DNA of 64,000 nt from Mobula hypostoma (taxonomy: Eukaryota), in the NCBI RefSeq assembly GCF_963921235.1, contig NC_086097.1, forward strand, positions 5,890,001 to 5,954,000, in the 5' to 3' direction. Positions 61,620 through 64,000 of the stretch are shown here, piece after piece. Each line of letters begins with the position of its first letter. Within the stretch, counting starts at the first letter, position 1. Under the pieces are notes generated by a model. That model made no database searches. It had not been told where the DNA came from and saw nothing but the letters and a program-made list of their open reading frames with translations. The translations under genes and the position numbers were made by a program.

Positions 61620-62245
61620 CAAAACACACAAAGTGCTGGAGAAACTCAGCAGATCAGGCAGCATCTATGAAACTGAATAGATAGTTGACATCTCGGGCCA
61701 AGACTCCTCTCCAGGACTGAGAAGGAAGGGAGAAGATCTCAGAATAAAAGATGGGGGGAGGGGAAGGAGGCTAGCGGGAAGGGGATAGGTGAAGCCAGGC
61801 TCGTGGGAAAGGTCAAGGGATGCAGAAGAGGTAATCTGTTAGCAGAGTAAAGTGGACTAAACGAAAAATGGAAGAAAGTGCGGACCCAGGGGGAGGTAAT
61901 GGGCAGGACAGAAGAGGTAAGAGGTCATAGTGGGGAACGGGGGGGGGGATTTTGTTTACACAAAGGAGAAATCAATATTCATACCATTAGGTTGGAGGGT
62001 ACCCAGACAGAATATAAGGAGTTGCTTCTCCTCCGTGAGGGTGGCCTCATCTTGGCACAAAAGGAGACCATGGATCAACACGTCAGAACAGAAATGGGAA
62101 TTAGAATTAAAATGTTTGGTTACTGGGAAGTCCCACTTGTGGTGGATGAAGCAGAGCTGCTCGACAAAGCAGTCCCCAGTTTGGGATGGGTCTCACCAAT
62201 ATAGAGGAGGCCACATCCATAGCACAGACCCCAGCAGATTTGCAG
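61620..62245 (-). mobile_element. Old Penelope 3' end (GIY-YIG remnant and pLTR with a decayed hammerhead)
   Basis: Minus strand YIGET..FPVTKHFNSNSH..FCLGTLQPNGMNIDF; CAGTCCTGGAGAGGAGTCTTGGCCCGAGATGTCAAC. Confidence 0.75.
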
Positions 62246-62509
62246 GTTAGACTGCACTGATTATACTATATTTACAATGTATATATTCATGAATAATGTT
62301 TATCTCTAAAATTAAAGAATATAATCTGAAAGTGTTTTTGCAATGGTTTCCATAATGCATAAACTTCCTTTGTATACTGATACTTAAATAGGCCCCTTCA
62401 AAACAATGTTCCACGGCTCTGCTATTGAATTCACTAATTCATTTAAAATTGTGAACTTTTCTCTGGATCTAAAGATCAATTACTAGGCTATTTAATTCTG
62501 GGTGCATCT

Positions 62510-62640
62510 GGTCCTGAACAAGGTTCTTGACCTGAAACATTGTTTATTAATTTCCATTGATGCTGCCTGACCTGCTAAGTTCCTCCAGCATTCTGTGTGC
62601 GTTGCTCTGGATTTCCAGCATCTGCAGAATCTCTTGTGTT
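62510..62640 (+). repeat. Penelope pLTR tail with a decayed hammerhead
   Basis: GTCCTGAACAAGGTTCTTGACCTGAAACATTG..GATGCTGCCTGACCTGCT..TTTCCAGCATCTGCAGAATCTCTTGTGTTT. Confidence 0.7.
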
Positions 62641-62957
62641 TAGGCTATTTAATAATTCCATGTAGGAAACTGCACTTGCACATGGTTAAATATTGCATTA
62701 TTTGTGAATAAGAAGCTGTCACATAATCAGTTCGGGTTCTTCTATCAGGTTCAAACACATGAGTTTGACAATATTTTTTCTATTCATACATTTATTGTAC
62801 ACACAAGTTACAAGGCAGCTGATTAACACACAAGCTTTGAAAATTATGACTTCTCAAGATAATAAATAGTTTATTCGTTGCAATAGGACCATCTTTTTTA
62901 ATGACAAAACATGCCCTTGATGAGAGCAGAAAAGACAATCTAACTTCTGGTTTATAG

Positions 62958-63010
62958 TCTGGATGGAGCAACATTTACATATACTGATTGCAGTGTTGTT
63001 AATCATAAAG
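62958..63010 (+). other. Candidate 53-nt internal exon of an unidentified host gene
   Basis: CTAAC branch-like motif, TTTATAG acceptor and AAG|GTAAGC donor in non-repetitive DNA; two frames are open. Confidence 0.3.
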
Positions 63011-63439
63011 GTAAGCCACATCTTACAGCAATTAGCACTTTCTTATTACTTCAACAGAGAATCATTAAATCTAAAATACGCGTGTGGGTGAATTGAAAAA
63101 TGATGCATTGATGTGGCTGTTGTGCTTTTTATTCACCCGAGGAACTATCTGTAAACTTCCTCACTTTGATGAATAGGATTTTATTCACAATGATTTCTCT
63201 GTATGTATCCAGAGATGGTAATGGCACTTTGTTAAGGATTCACTTTGCAATTCCAAGCTGTTTTACATAATTCCATTTCTACTAAAATAATCCATTAGAT
63301 GAAAATTATAGTACTTCATACATTTCTGGCACAAGCGGTGTAACAATATATTCCAATTTTTGTGTGACTGTAGCAAAATAAACAAAGTACTTTGCAACGA
63401 TGTTATCTACAGTAATTTTTTTTTTTCTGAATCCTGTAA

Positions 63440-64000
63440 GCTACTAAGATAGAAATGTAGACCAGTACATCACAGGGTAAACCCTTCTGGCCCACAATGT
63501 TATGCCAAACCAGTTAAATTCGCAATCAAATAGCCAACTAAAGTAATCCCTTCTATTTACAAAATGTCCATATCCTTCAATTTTCCTCTCATTCATTTGT
63601 CTATCTAAACATCTATTTAAAGACTGTAGGGTGGCGAGGTGGAGATACATCTCTAACGAAAGAGGTGTAAGGTACTCCTTCTCTCCACTAGCCTTAGAAA
63701 AATAGAGGGCTATGAGTAAGCCTAGTAATTTCTAAGGTAGGGACATGTTCGGAACAACTTTGTGGGCCGAAGGGCCTGAATTGTGCTGTAGGTTTTCTAT
63801 GTTTCTATGTTTTTACTGAACCTATATCCACTCTTATTTCTCCTTTATTTTTTACATACTTGAAAAAGCTATTCCTAAAGTTTAAAGGGAACATTAGGAG
63901 GGGCTTCTTCACACAGAGGGTGGTGGGAGTGTGGAATGAGCTGCCAGACGAGGTGGTAAATGCGGGTTCTTTTTTAACATTTAAGAATAAATTGGACAGA
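63440..64000. mobile_element. Cluster of CR1 3' fragments: 63440-63625(-), 63695-63812(+), 63880-64000(+)
   Basis: CR1 tails; 63695-63812 matches 1795-1908; FFTQRVVGVWNELP. Confidence 0.75.

Overview
Eukaryotic, repeat-saturated intronic/intergenic DNA. The mix of CR1/HER1-type LINEs, Rex1/Babar, RTE, Penelope and V-SINE-like repeats suggests a cartilaginous fish, probably a ray (inference). No intact host gene is recognisable. Most of the window is nested transposable elements: many CR1 LINEs (one near full length with ORF1 esterase and ORF2 APE-RT, plus two young RT-bearing copies), Rex1/Babar LINEs, RTE-derived non-autonomous repeats, a Penelope GIY-YIG element, decayed Gypsy, Gmr1-like and GalEa-type Copia LTR elements, and Tigger-like and hAT DNA-transposon derivatives. 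Highlights: (1) a 208-bp TSD-flanked chimeric retrocopy in which a CYHR1/ZFTRAF1-like mRNA fragment is fused in frame to an RTE-type LINE 3' end; (2) two minimal hammerhead ribozymes exactly 460 nt apart in tandem Penelope pLTRs; (3) four fold-back mini-Penelope insertions with 10-13 bp TSDs; (4) a degenerate HDV-like ribozyme fold in RTE 5' ends. Family names come from recalled motifs, not database searches, and boundaries of old elements are approximate.
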